From Chrysomallon squamiferum (taxonomy: Eukaryota; Animalia; Mollusca): 64,000 bases of DNA. Both the position numbers and the translations under genes were made by a program. Shown here piece by piece: positions 44,651-58,756 of this stretch. The notes below the pieces were generated by a model. That model was not told the DNA's origin. It made no database searches and worked only from the letters and a program-made list of their open reading frames with translations. How positions within the stretch are numbered: position 1 is the first letter of the stretch; each line of letters starts with the position of its first letter. Where the stretch lies: assembly GCA_012295275.1 (NCBI GenBank), contig CM022672.1:7378001-7442000 (forward strand), given 5' to 3'.

Positions 44651-44733
<83 letters not shown>
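44041..44733 (+). repeat. Dispersed duplication, shorter copy (44076-44598), flanked by a direct repeat of CCACCCCTGTATTCTTTCTTC...TCTGCCC(CT)n at 44041 and 44601
   Basis: Direct comparison with 26437-27068. Two internal segments are missing relative to that copy. The flanking direct repeat is absent around the 26-27 kb copy. Confidence 0.9.
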
Positions 44734-44739
<6 letters not shown>

Positions 44740-45294
44740 TTTCTTTCTGTTTCTGTGAGAGTCTTATTATCTGTCTATCATGTTTTTGAAGTATAATTAA
44801 AGTTGGTTTTCTTCATCTTTTTGTCGTGTATTTTAACTGAACTGACAAGTAAATAGCAATCACTTTCGCGTGTTGTTGTTTAGTTTTCTTATCTCTGATT
44901 TTCAATAATAATTGTCAAACAAACTCATCAGCCTAATACCAGTCTATGTTACAAACAGATTTTGTTGCCAGAAAAACAAATAACAACTACTGCTGCTGTT
45001 TGGAGTACTGGGGATTTTAACTGAGAGTTGTTACCGTGAAATATTTAAACATTTGAGTAGTGCGTTGGCTAGTTTCTGTAGAACAGATGTTAAACGAACG
45101 GACTCACATCTGGTAGATGTTGGTACTGTCTGGCGTTGTCTATCGTGTCTTCGATGCACTTTGCTTGTTACGTTCTGAACAGAATTTCTCTCATTTTCAA
45201 TTACACTAACATGAGAAATACTAATTCGTTCAGGAACCAAGACAATTGCACTCGGACTCGTCTTTGAGCACTGAACCAACGACGACTGCTTGGA

Positions 45295-45708
45295 AACAGC
45301 TTAGAAAAAAGTACTCCAAAGAACATAAAACAGTAAAGAACATAAAACAGTAGAGAAATGCAAACAACATAAAACAGTATAGAAATACAAACAACATAAA
45401 ACAGTATAGAAATGACAAACAACATAAAACAGTATAGAAATGCAAACAACATAAAACTATAGAAATGCAAACAACATAAAACTATAGAAATACAAACAAC
45501 ATAAAAGAGTTTAGAAATAAAAACAACATAAAACAGTTTAGAAATACAACATAAAACAGTATAGAAATACAAACAACATAAAGCAGTATAGAAATACAAA
45601 CAACATAAAACACTTTAGAAATATAAACATAAAACAGTTTAGAAATACAACCTAAAACAGTATAGAAATACAAACAACATAAACAGTTTAGAAATAAAAA
45701 ACAACATA
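45295..45708. repeat. ~24-27-bp minisatellite, ~15 copies
   Basis: Unit CAAACAACATAAAACAGTATAGAAATA, with starts at 45361 and 45388. Explains the ORFs at 45201-45673. Confidence 0.92.
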
Positions 45709-46835
45709 CTGTATTTTGATAGTAAGAGCTAACTTTCTGCAGAATGTTTAATCGACATGGAGAAAATAATATTGTCTACGAGTATCTGAATAAACAATTC
45801 TCTTTACATTGTAAATAAAAATGTTTCTTCAGTCATTTTATTAACGTCATTGTTTGTTACTATACTATCATCATTATTTATTTTAACCACTTTATATCTG
45901 TATGTTGCATCAACCATTCATTTGCCATATTGTTCATAAGTGTGCTGAACTGAGTAAGCAGATTTTAATCTTTTTATTTGCATTATCATCTATGAATATA
46001 TTGTGATCTACTTTTCTATGAATTATACTGCGCACGAGTGTGTTGTTGACATCAGTCAGTATCTTTACATTGTCCTTGAATAAGTTGTCATACGTTATTT
46101 TCTTTAGTACACCGTGCATTTTAATCATTTTATTCAGCAGATAGTTCGTTGCTCTGTTTCAACAACATATTCTTTTTATCACAGTGTCTATGAGAAAATA
46201 TTATTGTCAACATTCAATGTCTACATTGTCATCGATTATTCGATTTCTTGCAGTTTCGTTATTTTATTTGCTGCTCTGTCCATGTTTGTACAAAACTTTC
46301 TCTCTACGACATGTTGCGCGTGTGTGGTGCTAACGTCTTCTGACAGCGCACAGCACGAGCACGTCAGTTGTAATCAGCGCATTGCATTCTACACGTCCTC
46401 TTGCTGTAAATCCTTCTGCGGCTTCCACCTTCAGCTTCGCAAAGAGCCAAAGTCAACAGAATAAAAGAGAAAATAATCCACTACAGCTGCAGAGAAACTC
46501 TTCAACTTTGCAGATCATCAGCGCTTCCAGTAATCACCAGCGTAGCATGACTCGCCAGATGAATATTTAAATATCGCCTTAATGCAAGGAGAAAGATACA
46601 GGAATCCGTAGAAACATTTCTCTGGATTCTGGAGAAGATTACAGGACTGTCCATTCAGTGACTGACCACTGTCCGCTTGCATGACTTCTGTCTGAAATCA
46701 AATCTCGATGTTTAGATTCAAAATGACGTGGCTACGATCAAGACTTAATATTATAATCTTTGCTGTTGAATACGTTGGTAATTTTTCCTTATTATTATTG
46801 CTTCTACTACTACCAGAATAACTACTATTTTGTAT

Positions 46836-46886
<51 letters not shown>

Positions 46887-47307
46887 TTAGTTTCTTTGAT
46901 ATATCAGAAAATCTTATTTCAATTCAGTGCAGGATTTTTGTGGGATTTGTTGGGGGGTTTGTTGCTGTTTTTATCTATGTTTTCTGTTTTGAACAACTAT
47001 CCACATGACATTGTATGTGATATATCTGCTTTATCTGACAGTTTTATTCTGAGGCTGAACATGGAATTTGGAAATTAACGTATACGTATGTGTATCTATG
47101 TTTGTGTGCGTGAGTGTGTGTGTGTGTGTGTGTGTGTATGTTGTGTGTGAGAAAGAAAGAAAAAAAGATAAAGAGACGCCTAGAGACCGAGAGATAGACA
47201 GACAGACAGACATACTAACAGACAGACATACAGACAGACAGACATACTAACAGACAGACATACAGACAGACAGACAGAAAGACAGAAAGACAGACATACA
47301 GACAGAC

Positions 47308-47416
<109 letters not shown>

Positions 47417-48067
47417 TATGTTGTGTAGGTGAACCCAAGGAGCATGTTAAATGTAAAGCTCTTAGAAGAATCTTCTTGGAATGTACCAAATACATGAACG
47501 TGTAGGCGTTTGTGTGCTTCTATGATGTGCGTCGTGCGTCGATTCATAATTAATACGAATAATTCACCGCACACAAATTACTTTAGCTCCTCGATCAACC
47601 TCTTGAATTCTCATAATGTTTTAATCCCGTGACCATAACGTACTTAGTAAGACCACTCTACGTGGCAATAAATATTGTATTTACCGGAAATTAATCTAGA
47701 CGCAAACTCTGAAATTGCTTCACTTTGGTATCGCTCTCTAGTTTCGCTTATCAACGTAAACAAGAGAAAACATTCTTTATGTCTCAAACACAGGAAGAAT
47801 TATCGAGTAAAAGAACAGGTAGAGGCCTTTCACAACCGTAGATTATTACTTTCTGATGATTTATTTAAACTTCTGGCCAGGTACCGAGTACACGTGAATG
47901 ACGGAATAACGATCAGCCGACTATTTCGTGAAAAAAACAGAGAAAGAGAAAAAAAAAAAGATTAAAAAAAAAAAGAAAAAAATTTCTTTGATGAGAAAAA
48001 TTTTATTACCGAAATTCGAGACTTTGGTATAAAAGAAATGCATTTATTTTTTTATTTATTTATTCAT

Positions 48068-48138
<71 letters not shown>

Positions 48139-48310
48139 TTTTATAAGATAAGTGAGTGTTGTTAGCTATATTCACAATGTTGATTTGGTAGTCAGTTAAT
48201 CATTGTTTGTTGTTATTCTTGGATTTTTTTTCTTCTATATTATAATTATTATCATCAGCATTATCACCAGCATTAGTATTAGTATTAGTACTAATACATA
48301 CATACATACA

Positions 48311-48464
<154 letters not shown>

Positions 48465-49124
48465 TACACACACATACAAACATACACATAATTATAGACA
48501 TATATATACATACATACACAAACACACACTTTCACTCAAAACCATGACTCACCAAACAAAAAATCATACGCATAAAAACATATAAACAAAAAGTGACCGA
48601 GAAAAACGAAAAATTAAGAAAAAAAAACTAATTTAAGCCACTATTCGTACACTGTCTCATTTAACCGTTGTTGATGTAAACACACTTAACACGATACACC
48701 TTTTAGAAAATATTATTTAAACTGGCCACTAATTCACTGCTAATTCCTTGCTAATTCTCTCCCAGCAACCTTCGACAGCTTTTCAAATGTTGATATTTTC
48801 AGATGTGTTTTTCTTTTGGTTTATTTTCGACAGGAGGCCTATCTTGTATGTTGCTAGGTATATAAATAACCTTTGGTTAACGCAGTTAAATGAACCTAAT
48901 CGGAAGACAGGCCCATGGGCAGCCAGATTCAAGGGTAAAGACCATAAAAATAAACAATTAGTACGTCACCTGTTTGAATCTTCACCTCAGGGAGGGATTA
49001 TCATTTAATTACCGTGTCGAAAAAATCATGTGAGAACTGGCTGTTGAATTTCAACTAATGAAGTGCCACTGTAGCATATTTTATATATACTTATATCGTA
49101 AAAACATGTATGATCTTCTGTTTG

Positions 49125-49232
49125 TGTAAATTGATTTAACTACTGTAATAAAACAAGAGTCCAGACTCAAGTATTAGATCAGGTCTGAACACTAACAAAA
49201 TACAGCAAAACAGTGTCTGCGTCTTGTGTCTG

Positions 49233-49299
<67 letters not shown>

Positions 49300-49334
49300 T
49301 TATTATAAACACACGTACATACATACACAAACAG

Positions 49335-49379
<45 letters not shown>

Positions 49380-49481
49380 TACATACATGCGTACATAAAG
49401 GTAAAACGCCAGTCTGGACATACCTAAATGAAAACTAGAGACACATTCAAAGATAAAAATGTATTTGTGTATCTCAAACAT

Positions 49482-49486
<5 letters not shown>
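49125..49486. mobile_element. Short interspersed element, copy 1 (subterminal 9-bp inverted repeats, internal (CA)n, ends in CTAGT); possibly a non-autonomous Helentron/pearl-like element
   Basis: Near-identical ~110-bp 5' block and similar 3' block to 57852-58112. GTCCAGACT (49159-49167) and AGTCTGGAC (49411-49419) are inverted repeats flanking the microsatellite. Class assignment is inference. Confidence 0.55.
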
Positions 49487-49524
<38 letters not shown>

Positions 49525-49891
49525 ATGTATATATATAAATATCACAAACACACGATTAGTATCAGATGATGTATGATAACAATCTGTCAGTGATGGAAGT
49601 TTCTAATCCACATTCTGCGCGGCTTGTTCTTTATTACGTGTATCATTAAAGACAACCGTTCTTCCAGTGGAATTCAGATGTTTGTTTCCCGATCTAATGG
49701 AATTAATCCGCTAATTCAGTCTGTTAAAACCAGAGTATGCGTATGTACACAGATACATGCATGGGGCCTCATATACATATTTATACATACATACACACAT
49801 GTGTACATGCATACATACACACATACATACATATATACGTGCATACACACATTCATGATACATGAGCATAGATACATACAGACATACATAC

Positions 49892-49922
<31 letters not shown>

Positions 49923-51670
49923 CATACATACATACATACATACATGCATACATACATACATACATACATACATACATACACACACATATTTACAAACGTA
50001 TATATCTGTAAGTGTGTCGTGTAAGTGTATATGCATTTATATATGCACAGGTGTGCGTAATTGTTATAAAACAATAAAACATTTCAAGAGTCAGTCGTAA
50101 CTGAATAAAATAATGGAATGTTGAGATCTCTTTTTTTTTCTTCATACAGAGTGGGATTTAACGCAAAACTAATACGGACGATTCAATTCTTCTACTTTTT
50201 ATAATTAGTTTCTGTTTGTTACAAGGAAAACAACACCGCTATTCTATAACACCTTTTTAACATGAAGAGCAATTTCACTCAACACCGGTGATTTATGTTT
50301 AACGTCAACAGTATTCGGAACATGACAGGTGTTCAGTTGATTTATGGGCCGTAAAGCGTCTCGAATTACGTGAGAAAACACGAGATAATCTGTTTCTTCT
50401 CCAGCGCCAACTGATGGATGTTTTACAACATAAACAAAAGAATCCATGATTGGAAACTGTATTTTTGAAACAAGCCGATATATAATGTAACGTAACATTT
50501 ACTTAACCATTTCGTCTTCTTTTTTTGTAAAAGGATCAACGATTAATTGTTGTCTATTATTAATGTTGATATTATCTCCCTTTGGTATAACCATGTTGAA
50601 TATAAATGTGTCCGGCGGCCTGTACAAAAGTAAACAGTACCGATCTCGATGAACAGTTAATTCGTGAGTCGTATCTCGACAGGTAAAATGATCGATCCCG
50701 CTGTCCTACCACTTGTTTATAGAGGACGTTGAACGTGCTTTTCTGCCTTTGTTCAAATTTTAATAAATTTTAATGGATGCTTATTTTTTTCAGTAGGATA
50801 AAACATTTCTTAACATTTTAAAGATTGATTTCCCTAAGTAGAGTTTGAATTTATTTATATTTTTCTTAAAGTATTTCAATATACTAAATTAGAAATGTCG
50901 TTGGAATTAGAAAGATTAAAATATCAAAGCGTTCACGGCCAACTGCTAACTTCAGGTCAACGATCTAGGTAAACTGCATATTTTGTAAGCAAACAGAATT
51001 CAGCAGTAATAATCAACAAGTACATTGTGATAAAAATTATACCACTCCACTCGTAACTGAGTTCTTCTCTAACCTGCCTCACACAAGAGAGAGTCTAAAT
51101 TGTGAAAAGTACAGAAAAAAGCAATCTGGTTACATCTCAGAGTTTACCATCACTCTCCAAACTCTGCATGAACTCGTGCAAATTGGCCTATCATCGTACA
51201 AAGATGGGATGTTTTATCGCGTCCCTAAAACAATTTAGCTCCATGTCGTGCCACAGATAACTCAGGCGAAATGATTATCTTTGTCTGACGGAGTGCGGCA
51301 AGCGCGCTGATGATGTAGTAGACTTGTCAGACCCACTGGGCAGACTCGGGCGAGTTGTCCGTCAACCATGTCGGTCAGAGAGATGGTCATCTGAAGACCA
51401 AGCCAACGGCTCTCGTCCGAAGTACTGGTCAGGCTTTACTTTTATGCCGGAACAATCTAGCGATGACCACCAGTGTCATATTTCTTATGAGAGAAACAGA
51501 GAGAGAGAATATTACTGAATGAAAAGATTAAAGAAGAATCTCTCTGTGATCACTGTAATAGTGTGATTAATTATTTATTTATATCTCTATACACTTATTT
51601 ATTATATTTATATCATTATGTTTTGATCGTTTATGTTTGCAATTTGCATTTCTTTTTTCTTTTTTTTTTT

Positions 51671-52026
51671 CTGTTTTAAGTAAAACTCGTGTTAACACGA
51701 TAACATACTGCAAAATATCAGGGTTATAAAGTCTGTCAAATATTAATAAATACTGTTTCTGTTTTAAGTAAAACTCGTGTTAACACGATAACATACTGCA
51801 AAATATCAGGGTTATAAAGTCTGTCAAATATTAATAAATACTGTTTCTGTTTTAAGTAAAACTCGTGGTAACACGAAACATACTGCAAAATATCAGGGTT
51901 ATAAAGTCTGTCAAATATTAATAAATACTGTTTCTGTTTTAAGTAAAACTCGTGGTAACACGAAACATACTTCAAAATATCAGGGTTATAAAGTCTGTCA
52001 AATATTAATAAATACTGTTTCTGTTT
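51671..52026. repeat. 87-88-bp tandem repeat, 4 near-identical copies
   Basis: CTGTTTTAAGTAAAACTCGTG starts at 51671, 51759, 51847 and 51934. Explains the repetitive ORF 51736..52065. Confidence 0.95.
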
Positions 52027-52104
52027 CGAGTACCATCCGCCTCCAATCAGTCTCATGTTACACAAATCAGCAGTCGCACTAATAAATTACTCAAATCAGA
52101 CAGC

Positions 52105-52206
52105 GTATCACGTTACTCAAACCTGACGTCACACTGATATCACACTACTCAACTCTGTCATCAGACTGGTATCACACTACTCAACTCTGTCATCAGACTG
52201 GTATCA
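52105..52206. repeat. 32-bp tandem repeat (2 perfect plus 1 degenerate copy)
   Basis: TATCACACTACTCAACTCTGTCATCAGACTGG x2, preceded by a diverged unit containing TGACGTCA. Confidence 0.85.
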
Positions 52207-52609
52207 TATTCCGTCTGTGTTTTCACGGTGTCTGTCTGTTACTTCGATGTCCACCGTATCGCCATTTCAACACTGACATTTATCGGCCGTTTTGTTCAAT
52301 ATTACTAAATTATTAATCTCCATTATTGAAATTATTTCTGTGAATGTCTTCCCACACCTTCAGCCGAGAATAGACGGTGCCGTGTTCAAGGACTATCAAG
52401 ATTTATTTATGACAAAAACCAGGAATTTCTTTGCAGTTACGTGTTCGCATTCCGACGCAATCCCCACCCCACACCGCCGACTCACCTGTTTATATAGCAG
52501 TTTTGTGCAATCTTTAACATTTCCTGGTCTGAAAAAAACCCCATAAAAAACAAGCAACTGACAACCAGACATGGAGTAACGAGTTACCTCTACAATTCTT
52601 TAAAGCTTT

Positions 52610-52835
52610 TATGAGTTATTTAACAAATGTGTATTACTATTATTTTTTTAACATTAATGTGAGTTACTGTTATAATTATTTAATATTGTGATTACTGTTA
52701 TAACTATTCAACATTGTGATTACTGTTATAATTATTTAACACTGTGAGTTACTGTTATATTTTTTTTAACAGTGTTATGAGTTACTATTATAATTATTAA
52801 ACGGTGCTTGTGAATTACTGTTAATCTTTTAACGG
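52610..52835. repeat. Degenerate ~29-31-bp minisatellite, ~7 copies
   Basis: Recurrent TGTGA(G)TTACTGTTATAATTATTTAAC. Confidence 0.8.
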
Positions 52836-53743
52836 TACAAAAATGATGGACAGACGTTTATATCTGTTCTTCGGATTGCTAAGAACAAGGCACTGAAAGG
52901 AAAATTGTTTGTTTTTACCAGTGATCTGGAATAGAACTGACAAACAGATAGATATACATGAATGTTGTTTCTCAATCGATTTTCAGTCTGTTAGCCAACA
53001 TCAGAATGAGATGAATACCTATTTCTGGAGTTTTATGATGATGATTATTATTGTTGTTGTTATTTTCCTATAAAACCAGAACAACATCGTAGTTAATTTC
53101 TTGAATATTTGCTTTATTTTGCAATAATTATGATGTGAAAATAAATTTAAATGAATTATTTATACGATAACATGATAAAATAAAAATTAAACCGAAAATA
53201 AATATAAAAATACATCAGACAAATGGAACATAAAAATACCAGTTGGTAATATTATGTTAATGACCTGTGGTCATATATTATAATACGATGGTAAAAATAA
53301 TTCTTGATATTTTTTGTCTTTTTGTAAGACATTAAAGCAGGTTTAAACCTAATTTGATATATACTATTCAGATTCCATTATTTTTTAATAATAAACATTT
53401 CAAGTAACCTCTGTATTTATCCACTGATTTTCGTCCCCGCTAATAAAGACTTTTTTCAATAAATCATGTTTCATATAAAACTTCATATTTGTCCTTTCAG
53501 TCTGTGAATATTAATAAAGATTTCCAATAAACATGTTCTATACTATAGGAGATCCAAGAAAAAAAAAAAAATGAATAGTTTTTAATATGACTTTTATATT
53601 TGGTTACAAAGTACTGTAATTACTAATCGACTTTTGCTTATCGGATGTGTAAAATAATTCTTCAGTAAAGTGAAATTTCAATAACTCCAGTATTTGACAT
53701 CTACTCTGTTTAAAATTGTCTTCTTTATTCCTTTTAATACTTA

Positions 53744-53859
<116 letters not shown>

Positions 53860-54513
53860 TGTTTTTGTTTTGTTTTTATTTCTTTCTTATTTTATTTTAT
53901 TGTTTTTATTTGTTCTCTTCTTCTAATCTTTTTCTTTATTTCTGCTCTCCGTTTAACTCCCCACCTATCCTATCCTTTTCTTAATGACAAAAAATATATA
54001 ACATTCTTACAACAGCTGACTAAATCACTATAAGACTGAACATGGTCGATGATACAACAATAAAAACACAGGTTTATGTTCATCCGGTGACAGCTGAACT
54101 GTGTAATGGTCCGCTTTACGACAAAATGAAATATTATGTTACTTACATCAACAGTTTTAATGTTCATGCATTGCAAGAAATTGATATTAACTGATGTTTA
54201 TAAAGTATTTAGTGTTTCTGAAACACATTGCAGGTGGAGAGCACATTAGGACGTATACAACATAAAACGTGGAAATTTTAGTCACGCGGTTGTGAGATCT
54301 GTTGAAAAGGTGTCTGAGGCAAATAAACCAGGCTTTCAAGAATTGATTTATGAGTCGTTAATGAATATATGATAGATAAATATTTCCTGTTTTCTGATCT
54401 TTGGGTTATTCGCGGGGTTTTCTCATTTTTGTTCTTTTGTGCACATTGTTTTTCAACTTTTCGTCCACCCTCGTTCCACCTTTCTTTCAGGCTCTTTCAA
54501 GTAAGTACACTTT

Positions 54514-55088
<575 letters not shown>

Positions 55089-57104
55089 TCATCTGTCTGT
55101 ATATTTATATGACTCATTCTCTTTTTAATTATATTATTTAGTTTTTTTCAGAACTTTGCTGTTCTATTTCTATCTTATTTATAAAATAAAAAAACCCAGT
55201 AATAAATCGTATGGAATCTTAAACAATTATTCATGCTTCTCAAACATATTACTTCTGCATATCCTAATAACAGTCAGTTATAAAAATAGACAAACTTAAT
55301 TTGAACATCATATGCACACAAACGTACTAAACTGCACACTGGAATTTAAAATACACCTACACGATAATAAAATGACCGAGATATGAAGAGAATCGTGAAA
55401 CTAATTTTGCGTTAGGTGGCTGCTTTTTCTAACAATGAAACTAATATACTCTTTGGCATAACGGTAAAACCGCTGGTCATCTGAACAGAAACGCGTCTGT
55501 TTCCCACCCACGTTCGTTTGACGAGTAACGTAATAACAAAACAATCAGACGGCCGATTAATCAACGATAAATAAATTATATCACAAAGGAAAGTAAACGA
55601 AGCGGCAAAAATACAAATTAATTTACAATAGAGTTTTGTAGACGAGTTGCTTTTGCCCTTCTAAATACATTATATTTGTTCTATTTACGTCAATAATCTG
55701 TGTACAGTCTGATTACCTTCATATATATATTTTTTTTTTTCTGTAATTATGTGATATATACTGTCAGTTACAGTCTCTCCATTAGTCCTTCTCTCTCTGT
55801 ACTTGTTTGTGTCTCTCTTTTTCAAAGTACCTTTCTCCGGCTCTATCTCTCTCTCTCTATCATTTTAACTCTGTACGTTTCTCTGTCTTTTTCTCAGTCT
55901 CTCACTCTTTACTTCTATCTTTCTATCACAAGACATGTCATATACTCCGGATAATCATCTACATTTGACCTTCAAACAATAGCCTTGACTAGTAAAGTCC
56001 GCGGATGTAAATATCTTAAATTAAAAACATCTTGGTTGGTACTAACTGCAGTAAACAAGAATACTGAGCTTAGACTTTTGAGCTTGAGCGATAGAGGAAT
56101 AATTACAAAGCAAAGATGTGATTTGCACGTGTTTATTGGCTACAGAAAACATTTTCTGAAGCTTACCAAGAGTTCAAGAACGGTCATAGTGATTTTAGAC
56201 CTGGTCGATATTGTTATACTTTATTTTTATATATTTTAAATATATGAAGAGAAACAGGCTGTAAGATCAAATCTGACTGAAGAGTTTTGAGGGGTTTCAA
56301 ATACAGCTAAACAAAACAAACAGTTATACTTACTAAAGAATCGTTTTTAACGTCGAAATTTCCACAGACTTATAATATCATAGTGTTTAAAAAATTTTTT
56401 ACAATATAAATGCAGATACATACAATCAAATTAAAAATCTGAATCAGATAAACATATACACAAAAATACAGTCAATATCTGCATATACTTGATCATAAGC
56501 TGTCACATGCGTCTGCCCACAAAAAGACACACTTACACACACACGTGAAAAATACACAGATACAAAAACCCCACTTACACGGACATATACACACATTTAA
56601 ACACATACACATACAAATACTAAACTTAATAAAAAAAAATAATAATAATAAAAAAAAATCATTACAATGTCGTATTGTACTAAACATTTCTCTTCTACAA
56701 GATGATCACATGACTGTTATTACTGCTCCAGCACATAGCCATTCTCTTGATTGCAAAGTCCAACATTACAATATCCTTACTAGACATTAACATTATCTTT
56801 TTTGCTGTACTTAACGGGAATTCGTGTTTGCGCACAATAGAACTTCATCACGTTTACAAAATGGCGCTACGGAGCTCGACTAAGAGAAATCAATTCTGGT
56901 TTTCCGAACCTGATTACATATTTAAACGGTTTACTAGCGTTCCATTTCAGGAGTTTCTTATTATTTGTGAAATAATGCCCGTAGAAAGGTAATCAAGAGA
57001 AAGACTAATTTTATAACAATAGAGAGTATTTCGTGCAGGCGGGAAATTAGGCGATGTCTGTTTGTGGGGAAATTAACACAAATCTGAATTCAGTAGTGAA
57101 AGTA

Positions 57105-57538
57105 ACACAACAGTTTGTATGTTGTAGTAAAACCTGGATATAAGTTTATAAATTTTCTAGTAAAAATAGGAAAGTGTATTTCTAGAAAAATATAAAGTAA
57201 AAGTTAGAATATTTTAGTAAAAATAAGTTAACAGTTTGTATTCTATGGAAAAAATAAGATAATCTGTATTCTGTAGTACAGATAAGAAAGTATTTCTAGT
57301 AAAAAAAATAATACGATAATAGTTTTCTGTGGTAAAATAATAAAGTGTATTTCTAGTAAAAATAAGAAAAAATATTCTGCAGAAAAAAATAAGAAACTAT
57401 ATTTGCAGAAAACCAATAAGATAACAGCTTGCAGCCTGTAGTAAAAATAAGAAAGTGTGTTTCAAGAAGAAAACAAAAAAGAGAAAGAAAAAGCAAATCA
57501 GTTTGTATTCTGTAGTAATAATAAGATAATTTGTATTC
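57105..57538. repeat. Degenerate ~24-30-bp minisatellite
   Basis: Recurrent GTATT(C)TG/CTAGTAAAAATAAGA(T)AA. Confidence 0.7.
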
Positions 57539-57851
57539 GGAAGTGTTCGTTCATGTTCGGATTTGTTCGATCATGTTCGATTCGAGTGATTATAAAGTAA
57601 CTCCATTAATTTCAAATCGTTACTGACTGGAAGCTGTCTAGACCTGACTTATCAATTTGTTCAGAGAAGTCGTTCTGTGTAAATGCACCTTAATACCGCA
57701 CTGCAGTCGAGTGGAGGAGTGAGAATGAGGCAATAATTGTATAATTGTGTCTGACTGATGATTTCATTTCTCAGAGTTGTTGAAGAACTTCGTAACCACG
57801 AGTCAGCCTGAAGGTTATGTCTACCATTTCTGAAAACTACAAACGTTTAAT

Positions 57852-57959
57852 TGTAAATTGATTTAACTACTGTAATAAAACAGAGTCCAGACTCAAGTAT
57901 TAGATCAGGTCTGAACACTAACAAAATACAGCAAAAACAGTGTCTGCGACTTGTGTCTG

Positions 57960-58017
<58 letters not shown>

Positions 58018-58112
58018 TGTGTACATAAACGTAAAAAGACAGTCTGGACATGAAAACTAGAGACACATTATGTTTAAAGACAAAATCTAATTGTGTATCT
58101 CGAACATCTAGT
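57852..58112. mobile_element. Short interspersed element, copy 2, same orientation as copy 1
   Basis: TGTAAATTGATTTAACTACTGTAATAAAACAGAGTCCAGACTCAAGTATTAGATCAGGTCTGAACAC...(CA)n...AGTCTGGACA...TGAAAACTAGAGACACATT...CATCTAGT. Inverted repeats at 57885-57893 and 58041-58049. Confidence 0.55.
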
Positions 58113-58339
58113 AGTTGTCACTGCATACTGGAAGGTTTAACAAAGATTGAAGGTATTTGCATCCAGACGATTTGCTTGCAATTAATACAGCTATGGATAT
58201 ATTGTAAAACTTTGATAAACCAGACACGTAAAATGACCATCATGAAAATTGTCAGTTTCAATTTTAAGTCTGCTTCAAATCAGAGATGGGGTTTCTGAGA
58301 AGAATGTAAAACTAAGTTTTGATAACAAATCGCTAAAGC

Positions 58340-58455
58340 TAATCTAAATCTAACCCAACAAATCATCTGAACCAGTTTAAACGTAAACAAACAAATCATG
58401 TGAACCAGTCTAAATTTACTCTAACAAACCATCTGAAACTGTCTAAATCTAAAAC
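58340..58455. repeat. 33-bp tandem repeat, ~3.5 copies
   Basis: AACAAA(T/C)CAT(C/G)TGAA starts at 58357, 58390 and 58423. Confidence 0.8.
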
Positions 58456-58652
58456 AGATCTACATTTAAACGTGGCTAATCACAGAAACCCATCTAGTCT
58501 CTGACTAAGAGATATTATAAAGAAATCGGAAATGATTTAAGTGGAAGATTCCTAAATTAAACAAAAGTGCCTGATGAGATCAGAGATATACTCACCTCAA
58601 AAACATCTAAAATTTTTTTTGATAAAAACAGTGTCTCTATCGTTGTATCTAT

Positions 58653-58756
<104 letters not shown>

